A stretch of DNA of 64,000 bases from Gaiellaceae bacterium (GCA_035265935.1 DATFOC010000076.1:4084-68083), one strand, 5' to 3'; positions 45,806-55,575 are shown, counted from the stretch's first letter. Numbers and translations are program-made. The notes: generated by a model not told the origin, from the letters alone.

Positions 45806-46768
45806 TCAGGCTGCGCGGGGCGCACGAGCGGCTTCGTCGGTGAGACCGTGCCGGAACCCTTCTCGCCAGCTGCGCCAAGACGGCTCCCAGCCGAGCTCGC
45901 GCTTTGCCTTGGCGTTCGACGAGCCTCGGATCCGAGTCATGAACGAGACCGCGACCTCGCCCGCGACCATTCGGCCGACCCATACAGGCAGGCGACGCGG
46001 CGGCTTGGCGCCGGCCTCCTCGGCGAGATACGGAAGCCAATCCGAGACCCGAACGGGCTCGTCGTCAACGATGTTGTAGACGCCCCGATCGCCGCGTTCG
46101 ACGGCGGCCACCGTCGCCGCTGCTGCGTCGTCGACGTGGATCCATGACCAGACACCGTCCCCGGAGCCGAGGATGGGCAGCTTCCGTCCCCGAACGAGCT
46201 CCACGAGCCCGTCGGAGGCTCCCGGGCCGTACAGGCTGCCGTAGCGAAGGACTATCCCTTCGAGCGGAGCCTCCAGCACGGCGCGCTCGAGTGTGCGAAT
46301 CGCCGCAAGGCTCTTGGCCTGCGCAGGCGGGGGATCGGAGTCGAGCGGATCCTCCTCCGTCTTGACCGGACCGCCTTCGCGGGTGTTCGGCCAGCCGGTG
46401 TAGCTCTGGGCGACGAACCGCTTCACGCCGGTGGCACGCGCCGCCGCGAGCAGGATCTCGGTTCCCGCCGTGCGCAGCTCGTTCGTGCGCGCGAACCAGT
46501 CGTCGAACCGATGGAGGTCGGGCTCGCCGGCGAGGGCGCTCATCTGGTGGATGACGGCATCAGGCTCGGTCCGGGCAACTGCCTCGCCGACGCCGACGCC
46601 GACGGCGTCCAGGCCGTCGACCACGACCGGCTCGGCGCCGAGCGCCCGCAGCCCATCGAGCTTGTCCTGGCTCGTCGTCGTGGCAGTGACCTGATGTCCG
46701 CGGGCGACGAGCTGCGGCGTGAGCCGCCGGCCGATTGCTCCGCTACCTCCTGCGAGAAACACGTGCAT
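45806..46768 (-). CDS. NAD-dependent epimerase/dehydratase family protein
   Basis: 320 aa. Rossmann motif HVFLAGGSGAIGRRL. Confidence 0.85.
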   Translation of the reverse strand: MHVFLAGGSGAIGRRLTPQLVARGHQVTATTTSQDKLDGLRALGAEPVVVDGLDAVGVGVGEAVARTEPDAVIHQMSALAGEPDLHRFDDWFARTNELRTAGTEILLAAARATGVKRFVAQSYTGWPNTREGGPVKTEEDPLDSDPPPAQAKSLAAIRTLERAVLEAPLEGIVLRYGSLYGPGASDGLVELVRGRKLPILGSGDGVWSWIHVDDAAAATVAAVERGDRGVYNIVDDEPVRVSDWLPYLAEEAGAKPPRRLPVWVGRMVAGEVAVSFMTRIRGSSNAKAKRELGWEPSWRSWREGFRHGLTDEAARAPRAA

Positions 46769-46841
46769 CGTGAGGTCCTTTCACTCGTCTCTTGTGGCCC
46801 ACCTCCAGACGAGCGAGGACATCTCGCTGTGACAAAGCTGC

Positions 46842-47135
46842 CTAGCTCTCGCGCATGAACCCCTGGCGCGCGGCGCTGACGAGCGCGACTGCCTCGGGGA
46901 AGAGGACGCGCATTGCGTCGCGCAACGCGATCGCCTGCTCGTCCGAGCTGCCCTGTGTCTGCATCTGGCCGAGGGCGGCGGCGGTGAGCTGAACGGCCGT
47001 GTTGAGCGTCAGCGTGGCGAACTGCTCGCGCTGCGCCTCGGCGACCGACTCGGCCTGCCGCTCGGCGAACTCACGGAGCCCACGCATCAGATCGTCGGGA
47101 TCGCCGCCCATCGGGAAGCCGAAGCCGCCTTCCAT
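46842..47135 (-). CDS. Hypothetical small protein
   Basis: 97-aa ATG ORF, helical and acidic. I recognised no family. Confidence 0.45.
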   Translation of the reverse strand: MEGGFGFPMGGDPDDLMRGLREFAERQAESVAEAQREQFATLTLNTAVQLTAAALGQMQTQGSSDEQAIALRDAMRVLFPEAVALVSAARQGFMRES

Positions 47136-47139
47136 GCCC

Positions 47140-47691
47140 CTACCGTAGCGATTCCTTGTAGTTCGCCTGGACGTCGCTCGTGAAGGACTGCACGGCGCCC
47201 GCGGACGCCTTCATCGCCTCGGCGAAGGGCGACGAGCCCGGCGATCCCAGCGCGTCCTCCAAGCGCTTCGCCGCCGCTCCCACAGCGTCCAGGTACCTCG
47301 CCGTGGCCAGGCGCGGCGGCGCGCCGAGGGTCTGCTGGAGGTGGAGCACAGCCTCCTCCGCCTCCGCGATCCCGTCGGGGTTCTCGGTCAGCCGTAACGC
47401 GACGAGCCGCGAGCGGAGCTCGTCCAGCTCGCCTCCTCCCGCGCTCTCCTCCGCCAGCTCGGAGAGCGCGACGAGCGAGGCGGCCTCACGCACGCGCTCC
47501 CGGTCGGTCACCGGCTCGCCGGAATCGTCGAGCGCGAGCCACGAGACCTCCTCCCCCGAGCGGTAGGCGCACAGGTAGACGCGGCCGCCCTGGGCTGGCT
47601 CGGCCGCGAGAACGCCGGCGAGCTCCTCTTCTCCCAACGCAAATCTGGTCGCCGAAGCGGCAATCCGCTCGAGCTCCCCCGCAAGCCTCAC
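47140..47691 (-). CDS. Hypothetical protein
   Basis: Coding-looking C-terminal 183 aa of ORF 47140..47955, from GTG 47691. The start is uncertain, since it lies only 17 nt from the divergent methyltransferase start. Confidence 0.45.
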   Translation of the reverse strand: MRLAGELERIAASATRFALGEEELAGVLAAEPAQGGRVYLCAYRSGEEVSWLALDDSGEPVTDRERVREAASLVALSELAEESAGGGELDELRSRLVALRLTENPDGIAEAEEAVLHLQQTLGAPPRLATARYLDAVGAAAKRLEDALGSPGSSPFAEAMKASAGAVQSFTSDVQANYKESLR

Positions 47692-47708
47692 GCGGGGAAA
47701 ATAGCCTC

Positions 47709-48398
47709 GTGAAGGATCAGGCTCTCGACCTCTTCGCCCCGCTGGGACCAACCTACGACCGGTACGCGGCCCTCCTCTCCTTCGGACAGGATCCGCGCTG
47801 GCGCCGCTTCCTCGTCTCCCGGATGGACGTCGAACCGGACGCCCGGGTGCTGGATGTGGCGACCGGGACGGCCGCGGTGGCGATCGAGCTCGTGCGCCGC
47901 TTTGGGTGCCGCGTCGTTGGGCTCGACCAGAGCGGAGAGATGCTGGCCGAGGCACGGAGGCGCGTCGACGCCGCCGCCCTGAGTGACCGAATCGAGCTCG
48001 TCCAGGGCGAGGCCGAGCAGCTGACGTTCGACGACGCCTCGTTCGACGGGCTCACGTTCACGTACCTCCTCCGCTACGTGACCGATCCCCTGGCGACGCT
48101 CCGGGAGCTGGCACGGGTCGTCCGGCCGGGAGGGACGATTGCGATGCTCGAGTTCGGCGTTCCGCGAGGCCTCGTCCGTCCGGCGTGGGAGCTCTGGGTG
48201 CGGATCGGCCTGCCCGCCGCGGGGATGCTGATCTCCCCGGGCTGGCGCGAAGTCGGCTCGTTCCTCGGCCCGAGCATCCGGGAGTTCCACCGGGCGAACG
48301 ATCTCCCCGTGTTGTGGCGCTCGGCCGGGCTCGAAGGGGTGCAGTCGCGGCGGATGAGCCTTGGCGGCGGCCTCGTGATGTGGGGCCACAAGGTGTGA
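47709..48398 (+). CDS. Class I SAM-dependent methyltransferase (UbiE/MenG family)
   Basis: 229 aa. SAM motif VLDVATGTAAVA, FTYLLRYV and PGGTIAMLEF. Confidence 0.85.
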   Translation: MKDQALDLFAPLGPTYDRYAALLSFGQDPRWRRFLVSRMDVEPDARVLDVATGTAAVAIELVRRFGCRVVGLDQSGEMLAEARRRVDAAALSDRIELVQGEAEQLTFDDASFDGLTFTYLLRYVTDPLATLRELARVVRPGGTIAMLEFGVPRGLVRPAWELWVRIGLPAAGMLISPGWREVGSFLGPSIREFHRANDLPVLWRSAGLEGVQSRRMSLGGGLVMWGHKV

Positions 48399-49069
48399 GC
48401 CGCCCGGCGTTCTACGCGCTTGCGGCTGGAGGCTGGCGCGACTACGTCACGCTCCTCCACCTCCCCTACACGGCCTGGCACCTGAGCTACGTCGCGATCG
48501 GCGCCGCGCTCGCACCGGAGCTCCACAGGGACCGCCTGCTCGCGGCATTGGCGGCGTTCTTCCTCGCGCTCGGGGCCGGCGCGCACGCGCTCGACGAGCT
48601 CCAGGGCCGGCCCCTCTCGACCCGGATCCCGACCCCGGTGCTCTGGACGCTCGCGGTCGGCTCGATCGGCGGGGCAATTGCGATCGGCATCGGCGCGGCA
48701 CTGGCGTGGACGCTCTGGCTCCTCCCGTTCGTCGCAGTGGGAGCCTTCCTCGCGCTCGCGTACAACCTCGAGCTGTTCGGCGGCCTCTTCCACACGGACC
48801 TCTGGTTCGCCCTCGCCTGGGGCGCCTTCCCACTGCTGACCGGTTACTTCGTCGTCGCCGAGGAGCTGACGGCCGAGGCACTGCTGGCCGCCGCCTTCGC
48901 GATCGCGACGAGCCTTGCCCAGCGAGCTCTCTCGACACCGGTTCGGGCGGTGCGGCGAGGCCGGAGCGACGACCCTCCGAGCACGATCGTCGGGCCGGAA
49001 CGAGCGCTGCGAGCGCTGACCGTCGCGATGGTCGCCCTCGCGTTCGCGCTCCTCGCCCTACGATGGTGA
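48395..49069 (+). CDS. Polytopic membrane protein coupled to the methyltransferase
   Basis: Starts at GTG 48395 (GTGTGA overlap). 224 aa, about 6 TM segments, with an HALDELQG motif. Any UbiA-like relationship is only a guess. Confidence 0.6.
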   Translation: MSRPAFYALAAGGWRDYVTLLHLPYTAWHLSYVAIGAALAPELHRDRLLAALAAFFLALGAGAHALDELQGRPLSTRIPTPVLWTLAVGSIGGAIAIGIGAALAWTLWLLPFVAVGAFLALAYNLELFGGLFHTDLWFALAWGAFPLLTGYFVVAEELTAEALLAAAFAIATSLAQRALSTPVRAVRRGRSDDPPSTIVGPERALRALTVAMVALAFALLALRW

Positions 49070-49073
49070 GTCG

Positions 49074-50180
49074 ATGGGCTTCTTCTCCCGCCGACGGAAG
49101 CAGGCGCAGCGGATCGCCGACGTCGAAGCCGAGCTCGACCGCGCCCGAAACGAGCTGACGCGCGTCATCCGCGAGCAGACCGAGAGAAGCACTGCCGAGA
49201 TCCAGCGCATGCTGGCTCGGGAGCGAGCCGACACGCTGTCCCGCCTGGAGGAGGAGGAACGGAAGATCGCCGAGGAGCGGCGACGGGACATCCTCGAGCG
49301 CGAACGCCAGGCCGGCTCGGAGCTGAACATGAAGCTCGCAGAGGCGCAGGAGCGGGTGGAGCAGCGCTATGCCAGCTGGAGCGCCGACCTCGACCGGACG
49401 CACCAGGCGCTGACGGCGGAGCTGAAGAAGGTCGCCGAGCGCCAGAAAGTCCTCGTCGGGCAGGCGGAGACCCGGCTCCAGGACGACCGCGAGAAGATCG
49501 ACGAGGCGGGCGAGCTTCAGGTCACCGCGGTCCAGAAGCTCAGAGAAGAGCTGCAGCGGGCCTCGGAGCTCGCCGCGCAGGAGCTCCGTGCCGAGCTCGA
49601 CGCGCACGGCGCAGAGCGCCGGCGCGCGCTCGAGGAGATGAGCCAGCGGTTGAAGGCCCGCGAGCGCCAGCTCGCAGAGCGCGTCGAACGCGAGGAGACC
49701 GATGTGGTGCGCCGGATCCAGGCCCGTTTCGTCGACATCGAGCGCCGGCAGGTGGAGGCGCTCGAGCGGACGATCAAGCAGGCCGCCGGGCGCTTCGCGG
49801 AAGCAGCAGCGCTCCAGTTCGACTCGGCGGTGAAGTCGGCGCGCGAGGACGCCGCCCGGCGCCTTGCCCGCGAGCTCGATCGCGCCGTCCACATGTTTGC
49901 GCGGGAGGCGGAGTCCGTCCTCGCCGAGCGGCTCGCGCAGGTCGCCGATACCGGGACCCAGCGCGTCGAGAAGCGGCTCCTCCAGGTCACCGCTGGCCTC
50001 GAGCGGCAGCGCGACGAGTTCATCGCCGAGCTCCAGCGGCGCCTGAGCCAGATGGAGCACGAGATGCGAGACCGGCTGCGCACGCTTGCGGCCGAAGCGG
50101 AGGCGGAACGGTCGGTCCTCGACCGCCGGCTCCAGGAGCTCTCACGTCGCAAGGAGGCGAGCGAGCCCGTTCGCCGCTAG
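49074..50180 (+). CDS. Long coiled-coil protein (Glu/Arg/Ala-rich)
   Basis: 368 aa, almost entirely heptad-like charged helix (ERxxAE repeats), with no TM segment. It starts 5 nt after the membrane protein. Confidence 0.6.
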   Translation: MGFFSRRRKQAQRIADVEAELDRARNELTRVIREQTERSTAEIQRMLARERADTLSRLEEEERKIAEERRRDILERERQAGSELNMKLAEAQERVEQRYASWSADLDRTHQALTAELKKVAERQKVLVGQAETRLQDDREKIDEAGELQVTAVQKLREELQRASELAAQELRAELDAHGAERRRALEEMSQRLKARERQLAERVEREETDVVRRIQARFVDIERRQVEALERTIKQAAGRFAEAAALQFDSAVKSAREDAARRLARELDRAVHMFAREAESVLAERLAQVADTGTQRVEKRLLQVTAGLERQRDEFIAELQRRLSQMEHEMRDRLRTLAAEAEAERSVLDRRLQELSRRKEASEPVRR

Positions 50181-50272
50181 CGCATTTGCGTCAGTTGGCG
50201 CGTTTGATTCCAACTTCGACGGGGAGGGTTCGTCTACGAAAAGACGAATCAGAGCCGATCGAAGGCGTAGAG

Positions 50273-50467
50273 ATGACCGAGATCGTCGAGTACAACCAGA
50301 GTGATCGCGAAAAGGTCGCCAGCTGGCGTCTCCACCAGCTGATCGAGGCCGGCTATCCCGTTCACCTGGCTGAGCGGCTCGCCCACAGCGAGGCCGACCT
50401 CCATCGCGCGATGGAGCTCGTCCGCCAGGGCTGCGACGCCAAGGTCGCGGCCGAGATCCTCCTCTAG
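50273..50467 (+). CDS. Hypothetical small protein (64 aa)
   Basis: The ATG at 50273 gives MTEIVEYNQSDREKVASWRLHQLIEAGYPVHLAERLAHSEADLHRAMELV.... Confidence 0.4.
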   Translation: MTEIVEYNQSDREKVASWRLHQLIEAGYPVHLAERLAHSEADLHRAMELVRQGCDAKVAAEILL

Positions 50468-50532
50468 CGCCCAACGCGATTAGCCAAACGGGCCGTCTAC
50501 CTGCCTGCGCCCGCTGCTGGCATCCTGGCGGC

Positions 50533-51618
50533 ATGGCGAAGGTCGAGGCTGCGCAGTACGGCGATCGGAAGGTCTACAGCGTTTCCGCGTTCAACCGCGG
50601 AATCGCTGATTGGCTCTCTCGGCTGCCGACGGTCTGGGTCGAAGGCGAAGTCACCGAGCTTCGGCGCCAGCAGCGTTGGGCGAGCGTCTTCCTCACGCTG
50701 AAGGATCCGGCTGACGGCTCCTGCCTGCGAGTTTCGATGCCGCGCAGCCAGTTCGACGCGCTGCGGCTCGACCTCGTCGACGGAGAGCGTGTCCACGTCT
50801 ACGGCAGGCCGGAGCTCTTCGAGGCGCGCGGCGACTTTCGCTTCCGGGCGCTGTCGATCGAGCGTTTCGGGCTCGGCGACCACCTGGCTGCGCTGGAGCG
50901 GCTCAAGCGCAAGCTCGCCGCAGAGGGGCTCTTCGAACGACGCCGGCCGCTGCCGCGCTTCCCGCGCCGGATCGGGCTCGTGACCGGCAACGACGCTGCC
51001 GCGAAGCGCGACGTCCTCACCGCGCTCACGACCCGCTTCCCGCCGGCGCGCGTCGTCGTTGCAGAGACGTACGTCCAGGGCCCCCGCGCTGCACCCGCGA
51101 TCGTCGAGGCGATCGGAGCACTGTGCGAGATCGACGACGTCGACGTGATCGTGCTCGCCCGTGGCGGAGGGAACTTCGAGGACCTCCTGCCGTTCAGCGA
51201 CGAGCGGTTGGTGCGAGTCGTGGCCTCCTGCCGGGTTCCGATCGTGTCCGCGGTGGGCCACGAGCAGGACATGCCGCTAACGGATCTCGCCGCCGACGTC
51301 CGCGCGTCGACGCCGAGCGTCGCCGCCCGGCTCGTCGTCCCGGACGCGGACGAGCTGCGCGAGCGCCTCGAGCAGACCCGTGAACGGCTGCGCCGCTCGC
51401 CGCTGCTCACGGTCGAGCGGAAGCGCGCGCGGCTCGATGGAGCCTACGGACGGCTACGAGCACTCTCCCCCACCTCCACGCTCGAGCGCGGATATGCCAT
51501 CGTCCGCCGCGACGGGAGGATCGTCCGGACCTCCGAGGAGGTCGAGGCCGGGTCGCGGGTGGACGTCGAGCTCGGACAGGGCGGCTTCGACGCAACGGTC
51601 GAGGACACGCACCAGTGA
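50533..51618 (+). CDS. xseA: Exodeoxyribonuclease VII large subunit
   Basis: 361 aa. An OB-fold N-terminus (VWVEGEVTE), RIGLVTG, ARGGG and VGHEQD motifs. Confidence 0.9.
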   Translation: MAKVEAAQYGDRKVYSVSAFNRGIADWLSRLPTVWVEGEVTELRRQQRWASVFLTLKDPADGSCLRVSMPRSQFDALRLDLVDGERVHVYGRPELFEARGDFRFRALSIERFGLGDHLAALERLKRKLAAEGLFERRRPLPRFPRRIGLVTGNDAAAKRDVLTALTTRFPPARVVVAETYVQGPRAAPAIVEAIGALCEIDDVDVIVLARGGGNFEDLLPFSDERLVRVVASCRVPIVSAVGHEQDMPLTDLAADVRASTPSVAARLVVPDADELRERLEQTRERLRRSPLLTVERKRARLDGAYGRLRALSPTSTLERGYAIVRRDGRIVRTSEEVEAGSRVDVELGQGGFDATVEDTHQ

Positions 51619-51667
51619 CCTGGGGGTTCTGGTCGTTCGCTGGCGGTGCGGGGCCGGAGGGCACAGT

Positions 51668-51967
51668 ATGAGCAATACGGGCCCGGAGAGCCCCGTGCCG
51701 CCAGCGGGCGAAGGCGACGGCGGAGGCGAGCCTCGCTCGCCGGGAGCTGGCGCCGATCAGAGCCGCCAGGTGACCTTCGAGGAGGCTCAACGCGAGCTGG
51801 AACGGATCGTCCAGCAGCTCGAGAGCGGGCAGGCCGACCTGGACGAGGCGATCACGCTCTGGGAGCGAGGCGAGGAGCTCTACCGCCTCTGCTCCGACAA
51901 GCTCGACTCGGCGCAGGGCAAGATCGAGGAGCTCGCCCGCAGGGTGGAAGCAGTGCGTCCCTCGTAA
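51668..51967 (+). CDS. xseB: Exodeoxyribonuclease VII small subunit
   Basis: Starts at ATG 51668. The core FEEAQRELERIVQQLESGQADLDEAITLWERGEELYRLC matches XseB. Confidence 0.85.
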   Translation: MSNTGPESPVPPAGEGDGGGEPRSPGAGADQSRQVTFEEAQRELERIVQQLESGQADLDEAITLWERGEELYRLCSDKLDSAQGKIEELARRVEAVRPS

Positions 51968-51988
51968 CCTGCTTAGAATCTCGCCCGC

Positions 51989-52399
51989 ATGGCCGACCAG
52001 AGCACCACCCAGCTCCTCAAGGACGTCCCGCTCTTCTCCGATCTGAACGACAAGGAGCTCCACCAGATCGCGGAGACGATGAAGCGCCGGCAGTTCTCCG
52101 CGGGCCAGGAGATCGCCCGCGAGGGCGAGAGCGGCGTCGGCTTCTTCGTGATCGAGGACGGCAACGCCAAGGTCACGGTGCACGGTGAGGAGAAGCGCCG
52201 GCTCGGGCCGGGCGACTACTTCGGGGAGATCGCACTGATCGCGCAGAGCGCCAGGACCGCGTCAGTCACGGCCGAGAGCGACCTGACCGCACACGGGATG
52301 ACGTTCTGGGACTTCCGGCCGCTCGTCGAGGGCCACGCCTCGATCGCGTGGAAGCTCCTCCAGGCCTTCGCGAAGACGTACGGCCCGGACGAGACCTAG
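51989..52399 (+). CDS. Stand-alone cyclic nucleotide-binding domain protein
   Basis: 136 aa. LFSDLNDKELHQIAE...GDYFGEIALI...RTASV (cNMP phosphate-binding cassette), with no HTH. Confidence 0.85.
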   Translation: MADQSTTQLLKDVPLFSDLNDKELHQIAETMKRRQFSAGQEIAREGESGVGFFVIEDGNAKVTVHGEEKRRLGPGDYFGEIALIAQSARTASVTAESDLTAHGMTFWDFRPLVEGHASIAWKLLQAFAKTYGPDET

Positions 52400-53319
52400 G
52401 CCAAGCGCCGACCCAGCGCGACGAGATCCTCCCGCGCCCGCGCGGGGTCGCCGCTGAGCTCGTAGACCTCCATGCCGCCCGGCCGATCGACGACGCGGCC
52501 GCCGAAGAGCGCGCAGCGCACGCCGAGCCCCGCGCAGACGCCGACGACCTCTCCCGGAGCCTTGCCCAACCATGTCGTCCGGTCAACCGTTCCCTCGCCG
52601 GTGACGACGAGGTCGGCGCCGTCCAGCCGGCCCCGGAAGCCGATGAGGTCGAGGACGAGACGGGCGCCCTCCACGAGCTCCGCCCCGAGCGCCGCCAGCG
52701 CGGCGCCGAGGCCGCCGGCCGCCCCGGACCCAGGGAGCTCGCGAAACGGCGCGAGGGCCCGTCTTTCCAGGAGACGCCGCTCCAGCTCGGTCGCCTGGGC
52801 AGGCGTGGCGCCTTTCTGGGCGGCGAAGATCCGAGCCGCGTCGAGGAGAGGCGCGCGCACGTCGCACGCGGCCCGAACCGGCACGCGGAACCCACCGAGC
52901 ACCTCCATGAGCCCGGCGCCGCCGTCCACTGTCGCCGTGCCACCGAGGAAGACGACGATCTCCGCAGGATCGGCGTCCTGCACCTCGGCGAGGAGCTCGC
53001 CCAGTCCTCGGCTCGACGCCCCCAAAGGATCTCGCTCGCTCTCTGCGACCAGGCCCAGCCCGATCGCCTGCGCGGATTCGACGAGCGCGGAACCGTCATG
53101 GAGTAACCAGCGCGCCATGATCGGCCGCCCGAGCGGATCCGAAACCGTTGCCTCGCGCCAGTCGCCGCCCAGCGTCGGCGCGAGCACGTCGAGCGTCCCG
53201 TCCCCGCCGTCGGCGACCGGAAGCTCGACTGCGCCTCCGAGCCCTTCCGCAAGGGCGGCCGCAGCCTCCCGGGCGGAGAGAACGCCCTTGAGGCTAGCCG
53301 GACATGCGAGCGCGTTCAC
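52396..53319 (-). CDS. Glycerate kinase family protein (short)
   Basis: 307 aa. P.SLKGVLSA, ADGGDGT, PGSGAAGG and VVTGEG motifs. Shorter than typical GlxK/GarK. Confidence 0.8.
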   Translation of the reverse strand: MNALACPASLKGVLSAREAAAALAEGLGGAVELPVADGGDGTLDVLAPTLGGDWREATVSDPLGRPIMARWLLHDGSALVESAQAIGLGLVAESERDPLGASSRGLGELLAEVQDADPAEIVVFLGGTATVDGGAGLMEVLGGFRVPVRAACDVRAPLLDAARIFAAQKGATPAQATELERRLLERRALAPFRELPGSGAAGGLGAALAALGAELVEGARLVLDLIGFRGRLDGADLVVTGEGTVDRTTWLGKAPGEVVGVCAGLGVRCALFGGRVVDRPGGMEVYELSGDPARAREDLVALGRRLA

Positions 53320-54346
53320 GCGGCGCCGCCGGCCTGAGCTCCTCGACGATCGACTCCTCCGATTCCTCGTCCGGCATCCGGCGCAGCGTCTCGAGCGAGA
53401 GCCCCTCGCGCATGAGGAAGACCAGCCCGACGCCTACGCCGACCGACATCTCCAGCACCTGGAGGCCGAGCCCGAAGGCGAGCCCGGTCGAGTAGGCGAC
53501 CCCGTACGAGACGAGCGGCAGCGCGACGACCGCCTGGAGCAGGCCGATGTTCCCCGGCCAGAGCGGGAAGATGGTCGCGACGTTCATCAGCAGCAGGACG
53601 ACGGCCGCCGCCGAGATCGGCTCGTCGATGCCGAACGCCGCCATCATCGACCAGACGGCGAGCAGCTGAATCAGCCAGCCGGCCGTCTGGAGCACCGCAG
53701 CCAGCGCCGCAGCCTTCGGCTCGCGCAGGACGTGGAGGCCGCGCTGGGCCATCGCCAGCAGCCGGCGGATGGCGACTGCACCTTCCGGCAGGGGGCGCAG
53801 CTCGCGGCCCGCCACCAGGATCGCGACGAGGAAGAGCGCGATGCCGATGACGGCGACCAGCTCCAGGCTCGTGACCGCCCACTGCGGGATCCGCGTCGTG
53901 GCGAGCACGAAGGCGGTCAGGAGCAGCGCAGGGACGAGATCGAAGAGACGATGCGCGAAGACGGTTCCCAGCAGCCGGCCGGTGGTTCCCTGGCCCCGGG
54001 GCGTCCACCTGGCGAGGACGCCGACCCGAGCGAGCTCGCCGATCCGCCCCGGGAGCACCGCGTTGGCCAGGAGGCCGACCGCGAACGCAGAGAACACGCG
54101 GGGGAACGGCGGCTCCTGCGAGCGGGGCAGCGCCTGCCGGATCACGACGTTCCACGAGACGGCGCGGACGAGCACCGACGCGAGATTCAGGACGAGGGCG
54201 AGGCCCACCCAGCGCCAGGAGACGGCTTCGAAGGCGTCGCCGACGAGGCCCCAGTCGGGGCCGCGCCACCAGAGCAGCAGGAGCAGCGCAGCGATCCCCG
54301 GCAGGATGAGAGCCGCACGCGCGAGGTGACGGCGTGAGATCGTCAC
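53294..54346 (-). CDS. Flippase-like membrane protein (UPF0104 / lysylphosphatidylglycerol-synthase TM-region family)
   Basis: Starts at GTG 54346 (GTGA overlap with the glycosyltransferase). 350 aa, about 8 TM segments, with the motif LPGRIGELARV. Confidence 0.75.
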   Translation of the reverse strand: MTISRRHLARAALILPGIAALLLLLWWRGPDWGLVGDAFEAVSWRWVGLALVLNLASVLVRAVSWNVVIRQALPRSQEPPFPRVFSAFAVGLLANAVLPGRIGELARVGVLARWTPRGQGTTGRLLGTVFAHRLFDLVPALLLTAFVLATTRIPQWAVTSLELVAVIGIALFLVAILVAGRELRPLPEGAVAIRRLLAMAQRGLHVLREPKAAALAAVLQTAGWLIQLLAVWSMMAAFGIDEPISAAAVVLLLMNVATIFPLWPGNIGLLQAVVALPLVSYGVAYSTGLAFGLGLQVLEMSVGVGVGLVFLMREGLSLETLRRMPDEESEESIVEELRPAAPRERARMSG

Positions 54347-55479
54347 GCGGCGACCCGCACCCGTCCGAGCGCCTGCTCGTACACGCCGGCGAGGCGGCGG
54401 CCGATCCCGTCCCAGGAATAGCGCTCCTCGGCCAGCCGGCGGGCCGCGAGCCCGGCGTGGCAGCGAGCCTGCTCGTCTGCAAGCAGCCTCGTCATCGCCT
54501 CGGCAAGAGCGGTGGGGTCGCCGGGTGGGACGCTGAGGCCGACCTCGCTCGTCATGACCTCCCGGTATCCCTCGATGTCCGAGGCGACGACCGGCGTCGC
54601 GCAGGCGAATGCGCGAGTCAACACCATCCCGAAGCTCTCGCCGCCGAGCGAGGGTGCCGCCATCGCCTTGGCGCCGAGCAGCTCTTCCGTCAGCCGCTCC
54701 TGGGGCAGGAAGCCGAGGATCTCGATCCCGTCGGAAGGCGTGCGGAGCTTCGCCATCAAGAGCCTGACCGCAAGCGGGTCGGCGCCGATGACACGCAGGT
54801 CGGCACCGGTGCGTCGGCGGATCTCGGGCCAGGCGCGGAGCAGGATCGACAGGCCCTTGCGGGCCTCCTGGCGCCCCACGAAGAGAATCCGGTTCTCGCG
54901 ACCGGCCGGGTCGGCCTCGGCCGGGATCAGCACGCCGTTCGGGATCACGTCGTAGTCCGCGGGTGAGTACTTGTTCGCCGAGGCCCTCGCCTGCTCCGAC
55001 ACGGCGATGCGTGCGTCGATTCGGTCGAGCAGGAAACCCCAGACCGGAATCGCGACCTTCGCCCAGCCGAGCTCGCCCGAGGCGTGGAAAGTCGCGACGA
55101 CGGGGCACTTCGCCATCGCAAGCGATGCGATGCAGAGCGTCGGCGTCAGCGGCTCGTGAAGGTGGAGCAGGTTGAACCGCTCTCGCTCGAGCGCCCGTTT
55201 GATCCGCCAGACCGAGCGGGGGCCCAGGATGATGTTCGGGAGAGACCCGTTGGCCGGAACGATCGCGGAGCGGCCGACGGGAATGACGTCCGGCGGCGGC
55301 GGCCCGTCCCGCCCCTCACGGGGGTGGAGCGCCCGTGTGAACTGGCCCGGCGGGTCGTTGCCCATGATCGTCCGGGTCTCGATGCCGAGTCCCCGGAGGG
55401 CCTCGGCCTGGAGCTCCGCATGCTCGACGACGGCGCCCCAGAAGGACCACGAGAAGGGGACGACGATCCCGACCTTCAT
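54343..55479 (-). CDS. Glycosyltransferase family 4 (PimA-like)
   Basis: 378 aa. MKVGIVVPFS..., HLHEP and the E-x7-E region GESFGMVLTRAFACATPVVASD. Confidence 0.88.
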   Translation of the reverse strand: MKVGIVVPFSWSFWGAVVEHAELQAEALRGLGIETRTIMGNDPPGQFTRALHPREGRDGPPPPDVIPVGRSAIVPANGSLPNIILGPRSVWRIKRALERERFNLLHLHEPLTPTLCIASLAMAKCPVVATFHASGELGWAKVAIPVWGFLLDRIDARIAVSEQARASANKYSPADYDVIPNGVLIPAEADPAGRENRILFVGRQEARKGLSILLRAWPEIRRRTGADLRVIGADPLAVRLLMAKLRTPSDGIEILGFLPQERLTEELLGAKAMAAPSLGGESFGMVLTRAFACATPVVASDIEGYREVMTSEVGLSVPPGDPTALAEAMTRLLADEQARCHAGLAARRLAEERYSWDGIGRRLAGVYEQALGRVRVAA

Positions 55480-55575
55480 CGGCGGGGACCCTACCCAGGC
55501 GTGGCGCGGTACGGCCTAGGCGCTCTGGGAAAGGTCTCCTGCTGACCCGAGCGCGCGGAACCGCGTATGCACACG

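Noticed and set aside
46784-46828. Two mutually exclusive hairpins (CTCGTCT/AGACGAG versus AGCGAG/CTCGCT) upstream of the epimerase gene, considered as an attenuator
   Set aside because: The stems are only 6-7 bp and there is no leader peptide or U-tract. This is likely over-interpretation.
48447-50060. 537-aa ORF on the - strand
   Set aside because: It is antisense to the membrane protein and coiled-coil genes. Its sequence is Arg/Leu/Gly-rich with no motifs, which is a GC-rich artefact.
50227-50250. Hairpin GGTTCGTCT-ACGAAA-AGACGAATC after the coiled-coil gene, considered as a terminator
   Set aside because: The stem is short and AT-rich with no U-tract. It is too weak to call.
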